From NCBI GenBank assembly GCA_964016885.1, contig OZ024742.1, positions 175,274,001 through 175,338,000 on the forward strand: DNA of 64,000 bases, given 5' to 3'. Both the position numbers and the translations under genes were made by a program. The DNA is from Eledone cirrhosa. Its lineage: Eukaryota. The notes beneath the pieces were generated by a model. The model was given only the letters and a program-made list of their open reading frames with translations. It searched no databases and had not been told where the DNA came from. Of this stretch, positions 53,725-64,000 are shown one piece after another; the first letter of the stretch is position 1; every line of letters begins with the position of its first letter.

Positions 53725-54588
53725 GTTGATAAGTAGCAAAGAGGAGAAAACTCTGATTCCATCAGAGAAATGGCCATGTTCAATGTTAGTATAAATTCTG
53801 TAAATTGTACACAATGCAGATCTTGGGTACACAAGAGATGTAGTGGGATAGCAAGCAAGCTAACAGGTAGGGAAACCTATATATGCAGTAGATGTACAGA
53901 GAAATTTGACAGTAGAAGTTGCAGTGGTAGACACATTTTTCAAATGTGGGTAGGACCTCTAGAGGTGGTTGATAGCTTCCGATACCTAGGTGATCAGATT
54001 AGTAAGGGTGGAGGGTACTCTGAGGCCATAGTATCCAGAATAAGGACAGGTTGGAAGAAATTTAGGGAGCTGCTTCCTCTGTTGACAAAGAAGGGTTTCT
54101 CCCTACGAACGAAAGGCTGGTTATATGATGCCTGTGAGAGATGTGCGATGCTGCATGGTAGTGAGACATGGGCAGCAACTGTGGAAGATATGCGACGGCT
54201 GGAAAGAAATGAAGTAAGCATGCTCCGTTGGATGTGCAATGTCAATGTGCATGAACGACCAAGCATAGCTGAGTTTGGAGAGTAACTATGTATAAGAGGG
54301 ATAGGCTTAGTGTGCAGGAGAGAAGACTGCATTGGTATGGACATGTGCTGCGCATGGAGGATGACCGCTGGGTAAAGAAGTGCCAAGAAATCCCAGTAGA
54401 AGGAAGACACAGTTGAGGAAGACCATGAAAAACATGGGTGGAGGTGGTGAGAGCAGACCTCAGATCGCTGAAGCTCACGGAGGAGATGACAAAGGACCGT
54501 GACGAATGTAGAGATGCCGTGCTTCATAAGAGCTGTCCCACCCTTCGAAGCAGGGAAAAGCGTAACATGATGATGATGATGATGATGA
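53725..54588 (+). mobile_element. 5'-truncated RTE subfamily 3 (finger, C-terminus, short 3'UTR, (GAT)n)
   Basis: ORF 53770..54285: CTQCRSWVHKRCSG...CSRC, FRYLG, HGSETW. Confidence 0.9.
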
Positions 54589-55814
54589 TATATATTATGT
54601 TGGTACCACAAAACATCCAGCCCACACTGTAAAATGTTTGTGTTGGTATCACGACAAAAAGCACCCAACACACATTGTAAATGTTGTTGGCATTAGGAAC
54701 GGTATCCAGCCATAGAGAAACAGTCCTATGTGAGCGAGACATAGTCATCCAGTCCAACTTGCCTCTAAATGGGACAGACCTGTCTAACCCATGCTAGCGT
54801 GGAAGATAGACATTAAATAATGATGATGACACATACATATATACATATATGCATGTGTGTATGTGTATAAATCTATATAATTGTTTCTACTTTTGGCAAA
54901 TAATTTTCAACTAGCAATAACCACGCCTTAGTAAATTTCTAACTGAAGGCCAATTCCATTTTGACTGCCTTCTTCTGTCAGGATTTGTGCCTGACAGTGT
55001 CAGCAATGGTGGAACTAATGGAAATATACTTTCCTTGGTCTGATCTGATGATCCACTCATTTCCTTTGCTTTTAAATTGAACTCTAAATTCATCCATATT
55101 GTCCATATAAACTAGGTAGCTATGCTAATAAGATGTTTGTCTAATCTAAACATGTTATTGAATAGAAAAGAAAAAGAGATCAATAATGTGATGGGTTCAT
55201 TTCAAGTATTTAGGCATAGCTGGAAGGATTTCAACTATAAAGAAAACTTCATGCTGTTAATCTGTAATGGAATTGAAATGCAATCGAAGATAATTTTACA
55301 GAGCAGTGGGGAACATCATCTATTCCTTCCTTTATGATTTCACTTTGGTGCAAATGCATTAAATATTCAAAGGCTCTGTTATAAGTTCTCACTATCGAGA
55401 CTTTGAACTTCATTTTTATATCAGAGCATTTAACATTAAATGCTGCTTAAAGGGTATGAAATAAAATGAGGTAAACTTCACAAGTGATATAATGTTAAAA
55501 TATGATGTGCATCCAAATTTAAATAATAAGGAAATATTTCATTATAAATTCCCCACAATTTGTGGAAAGATGATTTATTTCATAAAGACATGCATACAGC
55601 TTCGGTATCGATTTTAACAAACTGGTATAAATGAAATGGCAAAATAATTAAGAAATGGTTCAGAGGAAATTTAAGGCTATTTCATAAAATTAGCTTATTT
55701 TCTTCATTACTGTATATGAGGAATGCCAGTTCTGATAAAAGGGATAGAAGACAGGATTCAGCTTGCACTATTCACTGATTAGTGAATGTCATTAAATATC
55801 TATCCATGAAGAAA

Positions 55815-56035
55815 TACACTAAACTGCCAATACACACTAAACTAACAATACACAGTACAGTGTTAATACACAGTAGAGTGTTAATACACTCTACACTGCC
55901 AATACATAGTCCAGTGTCAATACAAAGTACAGTGTCAATACACAGTAGAGTGTTAATACACTCTACACTGCCAATACAAAGTACAGTGTCAATACACAGT
56001 ACAGTGTCAATACAAAGTACAGTGTTAATACACAG
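55815..56035. repeat. 18-bp minisatellite
   Basis: acagtgtcaatacacagt variants, giving the HSTVSI-type repeat in a spurious ORF. Confidence 0.9.
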
Positions 56036-57072
56036 TCATCATCATCATCATCATCATCACCGTTTTACATCCGTTCTTCCACGCTAGCATGGGTTAGATG
56101 GGTTGTCCTGTTGTGGGCAGTGTCTGGTCGGCGGACCATGCCTTGCTCACACAGGAACTGATTTGGCTTGATTTCTACAGCTGGATGCCCTTCCTAACAC
56201 CAACCTCATTTACAGTGGGTGCTGGGTGCTTTTTCGTGGTGCCTACACGTCCACTTTACAGTATGGGCTGGGTGCTTTTTTGCCGTGGCACCTCCACGAC
56301 CACCTTGCGGTGGGGGTGGGGGGGGGGCATATTGTCTATAAGCTTCAGCTTGTACCCATGGGAGGTCGGGTACTTTGTATTACTGTGTGACGCCAGAGGT
56401 CACGGTCATGTGTCATCGCCTTTGAGAGGTGTAATTGGGTAAGGTCGGCTTTTATCACCTCATCCCAGGTCATCTTGGGTCTCCCCACTCCGCGGTTTCC
56501 ATCAACTTTTAGTACTCTGCACCTTTTTATACAGCTGTCATCCTTCATACGCATCACATGTCCATACCAGCGCAACCACCTCTCCTGCACACAGCATTTG
56601 ATTCCTCTTATGCTCAGTCTCTCTCTCAATTCATTTATGCTTTGTCGTTCACGTATATTACTATAACACACCCATCGGAGCATGCAGGCTTTGTTTCTTT
56701 CTAATCTACGTAAGTCTTCCACCTTCAGCGCCCAGGTCTCACTACCATGCAACATTGCTGTTCGGATACACACATCATACAGTCTGCCTTTCATTTTGAG
56801 GGAGAAGCCTTTTGCAGCTAGCAGTGGTAGTAGTTCCCTAAACTTCTTCCATCCCGTTCTTACCCTAGTTATTGTACTTTCTGAACACCCACCTCCGCTG
56901 CTAATTCGGTCACCTAGGTAGCAGAAGCTGTCTACTGTTTCTACAGAGCCCTCCCAGAAATTGCTGGTACTTGCTTCTTGTGGCTGTTTGCTGCTTGCTG
57001 TCCCAGCACAGCTGCTGCATGTGAAGCCTACATTCTTAATTAAGCTTCCTGAGATCCTGCTACATCTCTTAT
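56036..57072 (-). mobile_element. 5'-truncated copy of RTE subfamily 1 with complete 3'UTR
   Basis: 56461-57070 is nearly identical to 1-610; (GAT)n tail. Confidence 0.95.
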
Positions 57073-57074
57073 AG

Positions 57075-57500
57075 AATTGCTCGTAGCTCTGCTTCCACAG
57101 TGTGCATGATGCTCTCTCAGCTCACAATGAAATCTAAAGGAATCATATCTGAAGATTAGGGAGTCTGGCAAATGACCAAAATTCCTTTCGTTGCTGATAA
57201 ACCTTAGATTAGCTGTTACATATATGTTGAGGTTTTGTCATGATGCTGTTGCCAATTGTGTAGGTTTCACAGATCAAATCTTGAATGCTGAACATAACGG
57301 CATCGGAAGTCTTCCTGATTGTACTTCTTTGTCCTTCTGGTGCACATTCATGATGCACAATGGCTCAGTAGTCAACGAGAACAGTATACATCACCTTGAT
57401 ATTGCTCTGCATCTTGAGTTTTATTGGGCTTTGGTGATGTTAGATACTCCGACTGTGATTGAGCTTTGGTTTCTAGGTCGTACTCATACACCCACAGCTC
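57075..57500 (-). mobile_element. Degraded mariner transposase fragment
   Basis: Minus strand translates WVYEYDLETKAQS..SPKP..SNIKVM..IVHHE.APEG, HHD and a decayed SPDLAP.DF motif. Confidence 0.75.
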
Positions 57501-57779
57501 ATGGTATTCAGAAACTCAGGATCCTTGCTACAGTATTGTGTGAAATGAAAAAGCAACAGGTAAGTAGTTCAAAACATCACATGGTATCTGTCTAATAGTA
57601 AATAATGTATCCAGAAAGCTCATTAAAGCCAATGCATGTGGTTCCAGTCTACAGTCTTTTGTCTCACTTATTACATACTATGGGTAAACAAAATTGGATA
57701 TTCTTTAGACAGACCTCATATAAATATATATGATGGCTGCAAATTCATGCTAAGAGTATTGCAATCGCTTGTCAGATTC

Positions 57780-58030
57780 AGATGTGTGATGCTCAGATAT
57801 GGCTTTTCAAGCCTGCTAGAGACCCACAATCCTTCACACATTGACAACAACCATATATCTCCCGGGCCTGTGAACCTTCACAATACCGTGGAGATCATAG
57901 CTCACCAGCTCTCTCTGTATATGGCTGAGACTGTGGCTCTCAAGACCAGACCTGCTCAAGCAAATCCTTTGACACTCAGTGCACACCAATTCCACGGAGA
58001 CACAAATCGTTTTGAGATACACCAGGGCAT
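57780..58030 (-). mobile_element. 3' remnant of a LINE with a C-terminal C2H2 zinc finger
   Basis: CTECQRICLSRSGLESHSLSH = C-x2-C-x12-H-x3-H at ~57919-57985. Confidence 0.6.
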
Positions 58031-58099
58031 TGCTTACACACATCCATTTTCCACGCTAGCATATATATATATATATGCTAGTGTGGAAAATGGCTGTTA

Positions 58100-58138
<39 letters not shown>

Positions 58139-58149
58139 ATTTATATTCA

Positions 58150-58355
58150 TATGCCTAGCATGTATTGCACTACCATAAGTTTCACAGAAGTGTGATAACA
58201 AAAAAAACGTCTCTTTAATCAGAGGCAAGCACAAGTTTTGCACCTGATGAAAGAAGTCAGATTTTTATCACTTTTCCATGCTTTCTTCATAGTCTGCAGT
58301 GGTGGCCACAACTGGACCTGAAACCTAAGGTAGTGCAATGCATGTTAGGTGTATG
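58150..58355 (+). mobile_element. Fold-back element with hammerhead motif
   Basis: TTGCAC-CTGATGA-(long, poorly paired stem II)-GAAAC-CTAAG-GTA-GTGCAA at 58238-58338; inverted partial copy at 58152-58184. Confidence 0.65.
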
Positions 58356-58836
58356 GACATAATTAAATACTAAATTAACTATCTTGCACTAAATTGAGCA
58401 CTCTTTTACTTTTTCTTTATTCCTATCCACAGACATTTTTGTTGTATATACATATATAAAGGAATAAACAATAAATGATATATCATCATCATCATCATCA
58501 TCAACGTTTAACGTCCGTGTTCCACGCTTGCATGGGTTTGGGCGGGGGTAGTCCCACTTGAGGCAAGAGTGATTGTCTTGCTCGCATAGGACTGTCTGGC
58601 AGGTTTTCTACAGTTGGATGCCCTTCCTAACACCAACCACATTTACAGTGTGGGTCTGGGAGGTTTTTACCGTGTTGCCTACACGGCCACATTACAGCGT
58701 GGACTGTGTGTTTTTTTGTCGTGACACCTACACGATCTCATTTGTTTCGGCCTGGATGGCGCGGCACCAACATAACTTTACATAGAACGGGGTGGTGTGG
58801 ATGGGGTGGGGGTGGCGGCGGGAGGGGTGTATTTTG

Positions 58837-61800
58837 TTAGAGATGCCTACTGGCAAGGCGGGTCTTCTCTGTTACTGAGTACCGCCAAAGGTCACGGTCC
58901 AGTGACATTGTCTTGGAGAGGTGTAAGTGTGTGAGGTCGGAGTTTATCAGCTCATCCCATGTTTTTCTAGGTCTGCCTATTCCGTGGCTACCGTCTATCT
59001 TTATTGCCCTGCACTTTGTAATACAGCTATCGACTTTCATGCGCATCACGTGTCCATACCAACGCAGCCTTCTCTCGAGTAAACAACATCTGATCCCTCT
59101 TATCTCTAATTTTTTCCTTAGTTCGTTTATGCTTTGCCGTTCACGTATATTACTGTTACACATCCAGCGGAGCATGCAAGCTTCGTTCCTCTCTAGTCTG
59201 CGTATATCCTCTGCACACAATGCCCAGGTCTCACTACCATGCAACATTGCTGTTCGTATGCAGGCATCGTACAACCTGCCTTTCATTTTTAGGGAGAACC
59301 CTTTAGCAGCTAATAGTGGTATAAGCTCTCTGAACTTTTTCCAACCAGTTCTGACTCTAGCTACAGTACTTTCAGAGCACCCTCCCCCACTGCTGATTTT
59401 ATCGCCCAGGTAACGGAAGCTGTCCACTATTTCTATAAACCCCTCTGCGCAATTGAAAGAGCTAGTATTTTGTGGGCACTTGCTGCTACTTATTGCACCA
59501 GAACACCGGCCACATGTAAAGTCTATGTTCTTAGTTAGCTTACCTGTGATCCCACTACATCTTTTATGCACCCATACTTTGCATTTAGGACATAAGATGG
59601 AGTTTCTACCTACGCCTTTCCTACATACCGAGCACGACCATTTCCCAGAAGGGACCGCCGCCTTGTTTTCTTTCCTACAAACTAGAACTTTGGTCTTAGC
59701 CAGGTTAATTTTAAGTCCTTTTGACTCTAGGCCGTGCTTCCATGTTTGGAATTTCTTCTCTAGCTCGGCCATTGATTCCGCTATGAGTGTCAGGTCGTCT
59801 GCGTATAGGAGTTCCCATGGGCAGCCTGTCTTGAACTCCTCTGTTATAGCCTGAAGGGCAATAATAAATAGTAGGGGGCTGAGAACAGAGCCCTGATGGA
59901 CGCCAACTTTTACGCTAAACTCTTCACTATATTCGTTGTTAATTCTAACCTTGCTGACTGTTTCTTTATACATGGCTTGTATAGCCCTCACAAGCCATTC
60001 GTCAACGCCTAGTTTTCTAAGAGCCCACCAGATAATGGAGCGGGGGACTCTGTCGAAGGCTTTCTCCAGGTCGACAAAAGCTAAGTAGAGGGGTTTACCT
60101 TTAGCTAGGTACTTCTCCTGTAGTTGTCGTACTATGAAAAGAGCGTCTGTGGTGCTTTTGCCTGACACAAACCCGAACTGCATTTCATCTAGATCAATTC
60201 TCTCTCTGATTAGTTGCGCTATTACTTTTTCCGTGACCTTCATGACCTGGTCGATTAATTTAATGCCTCTATAGTTACTCCTATCTAGGGCGTCTCCTTT
60301 ACCCTTATAACAGTTAACGATGATGCTGCTATGCCAGTCCTTCGGAACAACCCCATTCTGTACGACTTGGTTAACTATGCGGGTGACCATGGTGTGTCCC
60401 ACCGTGCCAGATGCCTTCAGCATCTCAGCAACTATTTCCGAAGGCCCAGCCGCCTTACCAGTCTTCATATCCTTGATTGCCTTACTTATTATACTCCCCT
60501 CGACTAACACTGCTGGTCCCTCTATCGGGTCGATATGGGGGAGACTGTCTTTCTCCCATTTATTCTCCTCATTTAGTAGCCTTTCATAGTGACACTTCCA
60601 AGCTACCTTCTTATCAGTGTCGGTGATGGCAAGTATGCCATCATCGTTAAGTACACACTTCTCCCCGACAATATCACGGTTTTCCTTGACGCATTGCCTG
60701 GCAATCCTGAACACCTCACGTTTTTGGTCATCGCGTTGTAGAACATGCTTGAACTTTCTTTCCTCAGCTTCCCTTCTTGCTAAGTACACTTCTCTCCTAG
60801 CTTCCCTCCTGGCCACTTGATAGTCTACTCTACTTCCCCCATCCCGCCATACTTTCCAAGCCTGCTTTTTGGCCTTAATTGACCCCTCCACCTTACTGTT
60901 CCACCACCATGTTACTCTCCTCCTGCCTACAGGCCTGCTCCAGCCACAGACTTCGTCTGTCGCCAACAGCAGGTTAGCTTTCAGAAATTTCCACTGTCCC
61001 TCTATATTGTCCGATTCTAGATGCTCTTCCTTACTGTCGAAAGCATCAAGTAATATGCTTTGAAATTTATTTCTGGCTGTGGGGTCTTTTAGTTTCCATA
61101 TTTTCCTCCTGAGGATAGTCCTCTTCTGCTGTCGGGTGCGTCTCGTCCTGACTATGAGGTCGCTAATTATCAGTCTATGTTGGGAGGTGCATTCTTCATG
61201 GGGGAGGGATTTAGTGTTTACAACAGACACTCTGTCACGTCTTCTGGTAAGGATATAATCTACCTGGCTTGTGTGTTCCCCGGATCTATAGGTAATCAGG
61301 TGATTGTCACGTTTTTTGAAGTTAGTGTTACAGATAGTTAGGTTATTTGCATCACAGTATTCCAGAATTCTGGAGCCTTCCTCATTTCTAGTACCAAACC
61401 CATAGCCTCCATGGATTTCGTCATAGCCGTCACAATGTTGTCCAACGTGACCATTTAGGTCGCCTGCAATAATTATATAGTCACTGTCAGATATTTGGGA
61501 GGTAGTTAGCAACAGTGTCTCATAGAATCTGTCTTTTATAGTGCCGGGCAGTCCGGATTGGGGTGCGTACGCAGATATTACTGTCACCGTAGTTCTATTG
61601 AGGACAAGTCTTATTTTAATTATTCTGTCGTTCACTCTATTTACGTCTATTATCTTATCTGCCCACTTTTCTGCTACCATGATTCCTACTCCACCCAGCC
61701 CATCGTCGTTTCCCACCCAGAAAAGCTTATAACATCGTTTTTTACCCTCAATGAACCTAGCAGACCCACCCCTCCACCTGGTCTCTTGAATACAACAAAC

Positions 61801-62103
61801 ATCGACCTCCTTACGTTCAAGCATTTCTACAACCTCGTTAGCGCGACCCTTTAGGGTGCCTACATTTATGGTACCAACTCTGAAGTTTTGGGTTGCGTTT
61901 GGAGGGTGGGGGTGGTGGGGGGCGGGAGGAGATAGGGTTATGTTAGCCATCCGCGGACGAAACAAAGAGGAGTGCTCGCATTCTCGTCCACGAGGTGAAT
62001 TTGACTTTAACTTTGACATTTTCGCTCTGGGCGTCCAGATTTTTCTCTCCCTTCCACTCTCCAAGGATTCCGCAGTCCGTCCGTCCATCCATCCATCCAT
62101 CAT
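58837..62103 (-). CDS. RTE LINE polyprotein: APE endonuclease, reverse transcriptase, PHD-type finger, C-terminal domain
   Basis: First in-frame ATG at 62103 (track start 62124 is TTG). GTINVG, IQETRW, SAYAPQ, GDLNGH, VDYIL, SQH; QFGF, DLEKAFD, QGSVLSP, YADD (59794-59805); C4HC3 at 59503-59634; FRYLG, HGSETW, GRPRKTW. Confidence 0.96.
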   Translation of the reverse strand: MMDGWMDGRTAESLESGRERKIWTPRAKMSKLKSNSPRGRECEHSSLFRPRMANITLSPPAPHHPHPPNATQNFRVGTINVGTLKGRANEVVEMLERKEVDVCCIQETRWRGGSARFIEGKKRCYKLFWVGNDDGLGGVGIMVAEKWADKIIDVNRVNDRIIKIRLVLNRTTVTVISAYAPQSGLPGTIKDRFYETLLLTTSQISDSDYIIIAGDLNGHVGQHCDGYDEIHGGYGFGTRNEEGSRILEYCDANNLTICNTNFKKRDNHLITYRSGEHTSQVDYILTRRRDRVSVVNTKSLPHEECTSQHRLIISDLIVRTRRTRQQKRTILRRKIWKLKDPTARNKFQSILLDAFDSKEEHLESDNIEGQWKFLKANLLLATDEVCGWSRPVGRRRVTWWWNSKVEGSIKAKKQAWKVWRDGGSRVDYQVARREARREVYLARREAEERKFKHVLQRDDQKREVFRIARQCVKENRDIVGEKCVLNDDGILAITDTDKKVAWKCHYERLLNEENKWEKDSLPHIDPIEGPAVLVEGSIISKAIKDMKTGKAAGPSEIVAEMLKASGTVGHTMVTRIVNQVVQNGVVPKDWHSSIIVNCYKGKGDALDRSNYRGIKLIDQVMKVTEKVIAQLIRERIDLDEMQFGFVSGKSTTDALFIVRQLQEKYLAKGKPLYLAFVDLEKAFDRVPRSIIWWALRKLGVDEWLVRAIQAMYKETVSKVRINNEYSEEFSVKVGVHQGSVLSPLLFIIALQAITEEFKTGCPWELLYADDLTLIAESMAELEKKFQTWKHGLESKGLKINLAKTKVLVCRKENKAAVPSGKWSCSVCRKGVGRNSILCPKCKVWVHKRCSGITGKLTKNIDFTCGRCSGAISSSKCPQNTSSFNCAEGFIEIVDSFRYLGDKISSGGGCSESTVARVRTGWKKFRELIPLLAAKGFSLKMKGRLYDACIRTAMLHGSETWALCAEDIRRLERNEACMLRWMCNSNIRERQSINELRKKLEIRGIRCCLLERRLRWYGHVMRMKVDSCITKCRAIKIDGSHGIGRPRKTWDELINSDLTHLHLSKTMSLDRDLWRYSVTEKTRLASRHL

Positions 62104-62134
62104 ATATCGAAGGCAACCGGGCAAGCGATAGTAT

Positions 62135-62290
62135 AGGCCTCTGGCTTATGATTTGGTCCGCGTAATAATAATAATGGTGATGCGTGGGGGTGGGGGTGGG
62201 TGGCTCTGGCTTATAATAATGGTGGTGATGCGGGGGGGGGCTCTGGCTTATGATTGGTCCACGTATTAAGTATGGTGGCGTGTGGGGGCG
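62135..62290. repeat. Three short degenerate repeats in the 5'UTR
   Basis: ctctggcttat...ggtg(at)gcg + G-run recurs at ~62138, 62204 and 62241. Confidence 0.75.
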
Positions 62291-62319
62291 GGAGGGAGGG
62301 GTGTGGGGTAGCTAGCTGG

Positions 62320-64000
62320 AAGGTTATGAATGTTTAACAAGCGATTTAACAAAAAGCAAAACTGCAAGATTTGTTCTGTTCAATACGACAAAAACACCGT
62401 ATTTAAACCTTAAATAGATAACAAAAAAATACAGATTTCGGATTTTGCGAGATTGGATGTTTGTTTGGACTGTGTACGGAATTGAGCGTGGAAATGGAGA
62501 GAAGGATTGTACTTTACGGTTTACATGAGTCCATCATAGAAATAATTGAAGCAAAGTGGATAAACATGAAGGAAAACTTATCTTATATATATATGTGTGT
62601 GTGTGTGTGTGTAGCTAAGCGAGAGATAGAGGGGAAGAAAGAGAGGGGGGGGGGGGGGAGATAGTGGCTGACCGCAGCCCCCTCGTGGAGAAGCAGGAGG
62701 GTGAAGGGGTGGATCGGCTTTTTGACTTTCAAGTAGCATACTATATATATTTAAAGTAATTTATAAGTAGAATGTGGAGGATTTTGTTTTTTTTTGTTTG
62801 AGAATACGATAGAATTAAGGAATTGGACGAATACGATAGAATTAAGATAGAAGGTTATGAATGTTTAACAAGCGATTTAACAAAAAGCAAAACTGCAAGA
62901 TTTGTTCTGTTCAATACGACAAAAACACCGTATTTAAACCTTAAATAGATAACAAAAAAATACAGATTTCGGATTTTGCGAGATTGGATGTTTGTTTGGA
63001 CTGTGTACGGAATTGAGCGTGGAAATGGAGAGAAGGATTGTACTTTACGGTTTACATGAGTCCATCATAGAAATAATTGAAGCAAAGTGGATAAACATGA
63101 AGGAAAACTTATCTTATATATATATGTGTGTGTGTGTGTGTGTAGCTAAGCGAGAGATAGAGGGGAAGAAAGAGAGGGGGGGGGGGGGAGATAGTGGCTG
63201 ACCGCAGCCCCCTCGTGGAGAAGCAGGAGGGTGAAGGGGTGGATCGGCTTTTTGACTTTCAAGTAGCATACTATATATATTTAAAGTAATTTATAAGTAG
63301 AATGTGGAGGATTTTGTTTTTTTTTGTTTGAGAATACGATAGAATTAAGGAATTGGACGAATACGATAGAATTAAGATAGAAGGTTATGAATGTTTAACA
63401 AGCGATTTAACAAAAAGCAAAACTGCAAGATTTGTTCTGTTCAATACGACAAAAACACCGTATTTAAACCTTAAATAGATAACAAAAAAATACAGATTTC
63501 GGATTTTGCGAGATTGGATGTTTGTTTGGACTGTGTACGGAATTGAGCGTGGAAATGGAGAGAAGGATTGTACTTTACGGTTTACATGAGTCCATCATAG
63601 AAATAATTGAAGCAAAGTGGATAAACATGAAGGAAAACTTATCTTATATATATATGTGTGTGTGTGTGTGTGTAGCTAAGCGAGAGATAGAGGGGAAGAA
63701 AGAGAGGGGGGGGGGGGGGAGATAGTGGCTGACCGCAGCCCCCTCGTGGAGAAGCAGGAGGGTGAAGGGGTGGATCGGCTTTTTGACTTTCAAGTAGCAT
63801 ACTATATATATTTAAAGTAATTTATAAGTAGAATGTGGAGGATTTTGTTTTTTTTTGTTTGAGAATACGATAGAATTAAGGAATTGGACGAATACGATAG
63901 AATTAAGATAGAAGGTTATGAATGTTTAACAAGCGATTTAACAAAAAGCAAAACTGCAAGATTTGTTCTGTTCAATACGACAAAAACACCGTATTTAAAC
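62320..64000. repeat. Tandem array of near-identical 530-531-bp units (3 complete plus partial)
   Basis: aaggttatgaatgtttaacaagcg starts at 62320, 62851, 63381 and 63912; visible differences are limited to homopolymer length. Confidence 0.97.

Larger units (their letters stand above)
58482..64000 (-). mobile_element. Apparently intact RTE-clade LINE, subfamily 2, including 5' monomer array (5' end beyond the window)
   Basis: (GAT)n tail, ~350-bp 3'UTR, uninterrupted 1095-codon ORF, C-rich 5'UTR and tandem 530-bp units. Confidence 0.93.

Noticed and set aside
54911-55093. Possible host exon (60-aa minus ORF, or + strand acceptor at ~54980)
   Set aside because: No recognisable domain and no partner exons; either reading is compatible with chance.
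58913-62131. Long + strand ORFs overlapping RTE copies (also 68-1132, 32214-32498, 44171-44566)
   Set aside because: Antisense shadows of the LINE coding frame.
62650-62730. HDV-like ribozyme in the 530-bp monomer (TCCACG loop-like motif on the minus strand)
   Set aside because: RTE 5' ends can carry HDV-like ribozymes, but I could not build convincing P1/P2/P3 helices here; an RNArobo/Infernal search is needed.
62461-63725. Three repeated 67-69 aa ORFs
   Set aside because: Antisense to the LINE, start at TTG, run through microsatellite, and their ends vary with G-run length.

Overview
AT-rich, repeat-saturated animal non-coding DNA, probably intronic or intergenic. The SINE, RTE and microsatellite repertoire looks like an Octopus-type cephalopod genome; this is inference from memory, not a search. 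No host protein-coding exon could be supported. The main feature is an apparently intact RTE-clade LINE on the minus strand (about 58482-64000+). It has one 1095-codon ORF (APE endonuclease + RT) with a C4HC3 PHD-type finger inserted after the RT core, a (GAT)n tail, and a 5' array of near-identical ~530-bp monomers. A sister RTE (1-3691), broken only by in-frame TGA stops, has an analogous 293-bp 5' monomer. The window also holds many truncated RTE copies, a decayed CR1/L2-type LINE, R4/Dong-like and mariner remnants, and three tRNA-derived SINE families, one with an RTE-derived tail. Further features are a 254-bp solo LTR with a 5-bp TSD, several minisatellites, and short fold-back elements carrying Penelope-type minimal hammerhead ribozyme motifs. 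All alignments were done by eye; coordinates of decayed elements are approximate.
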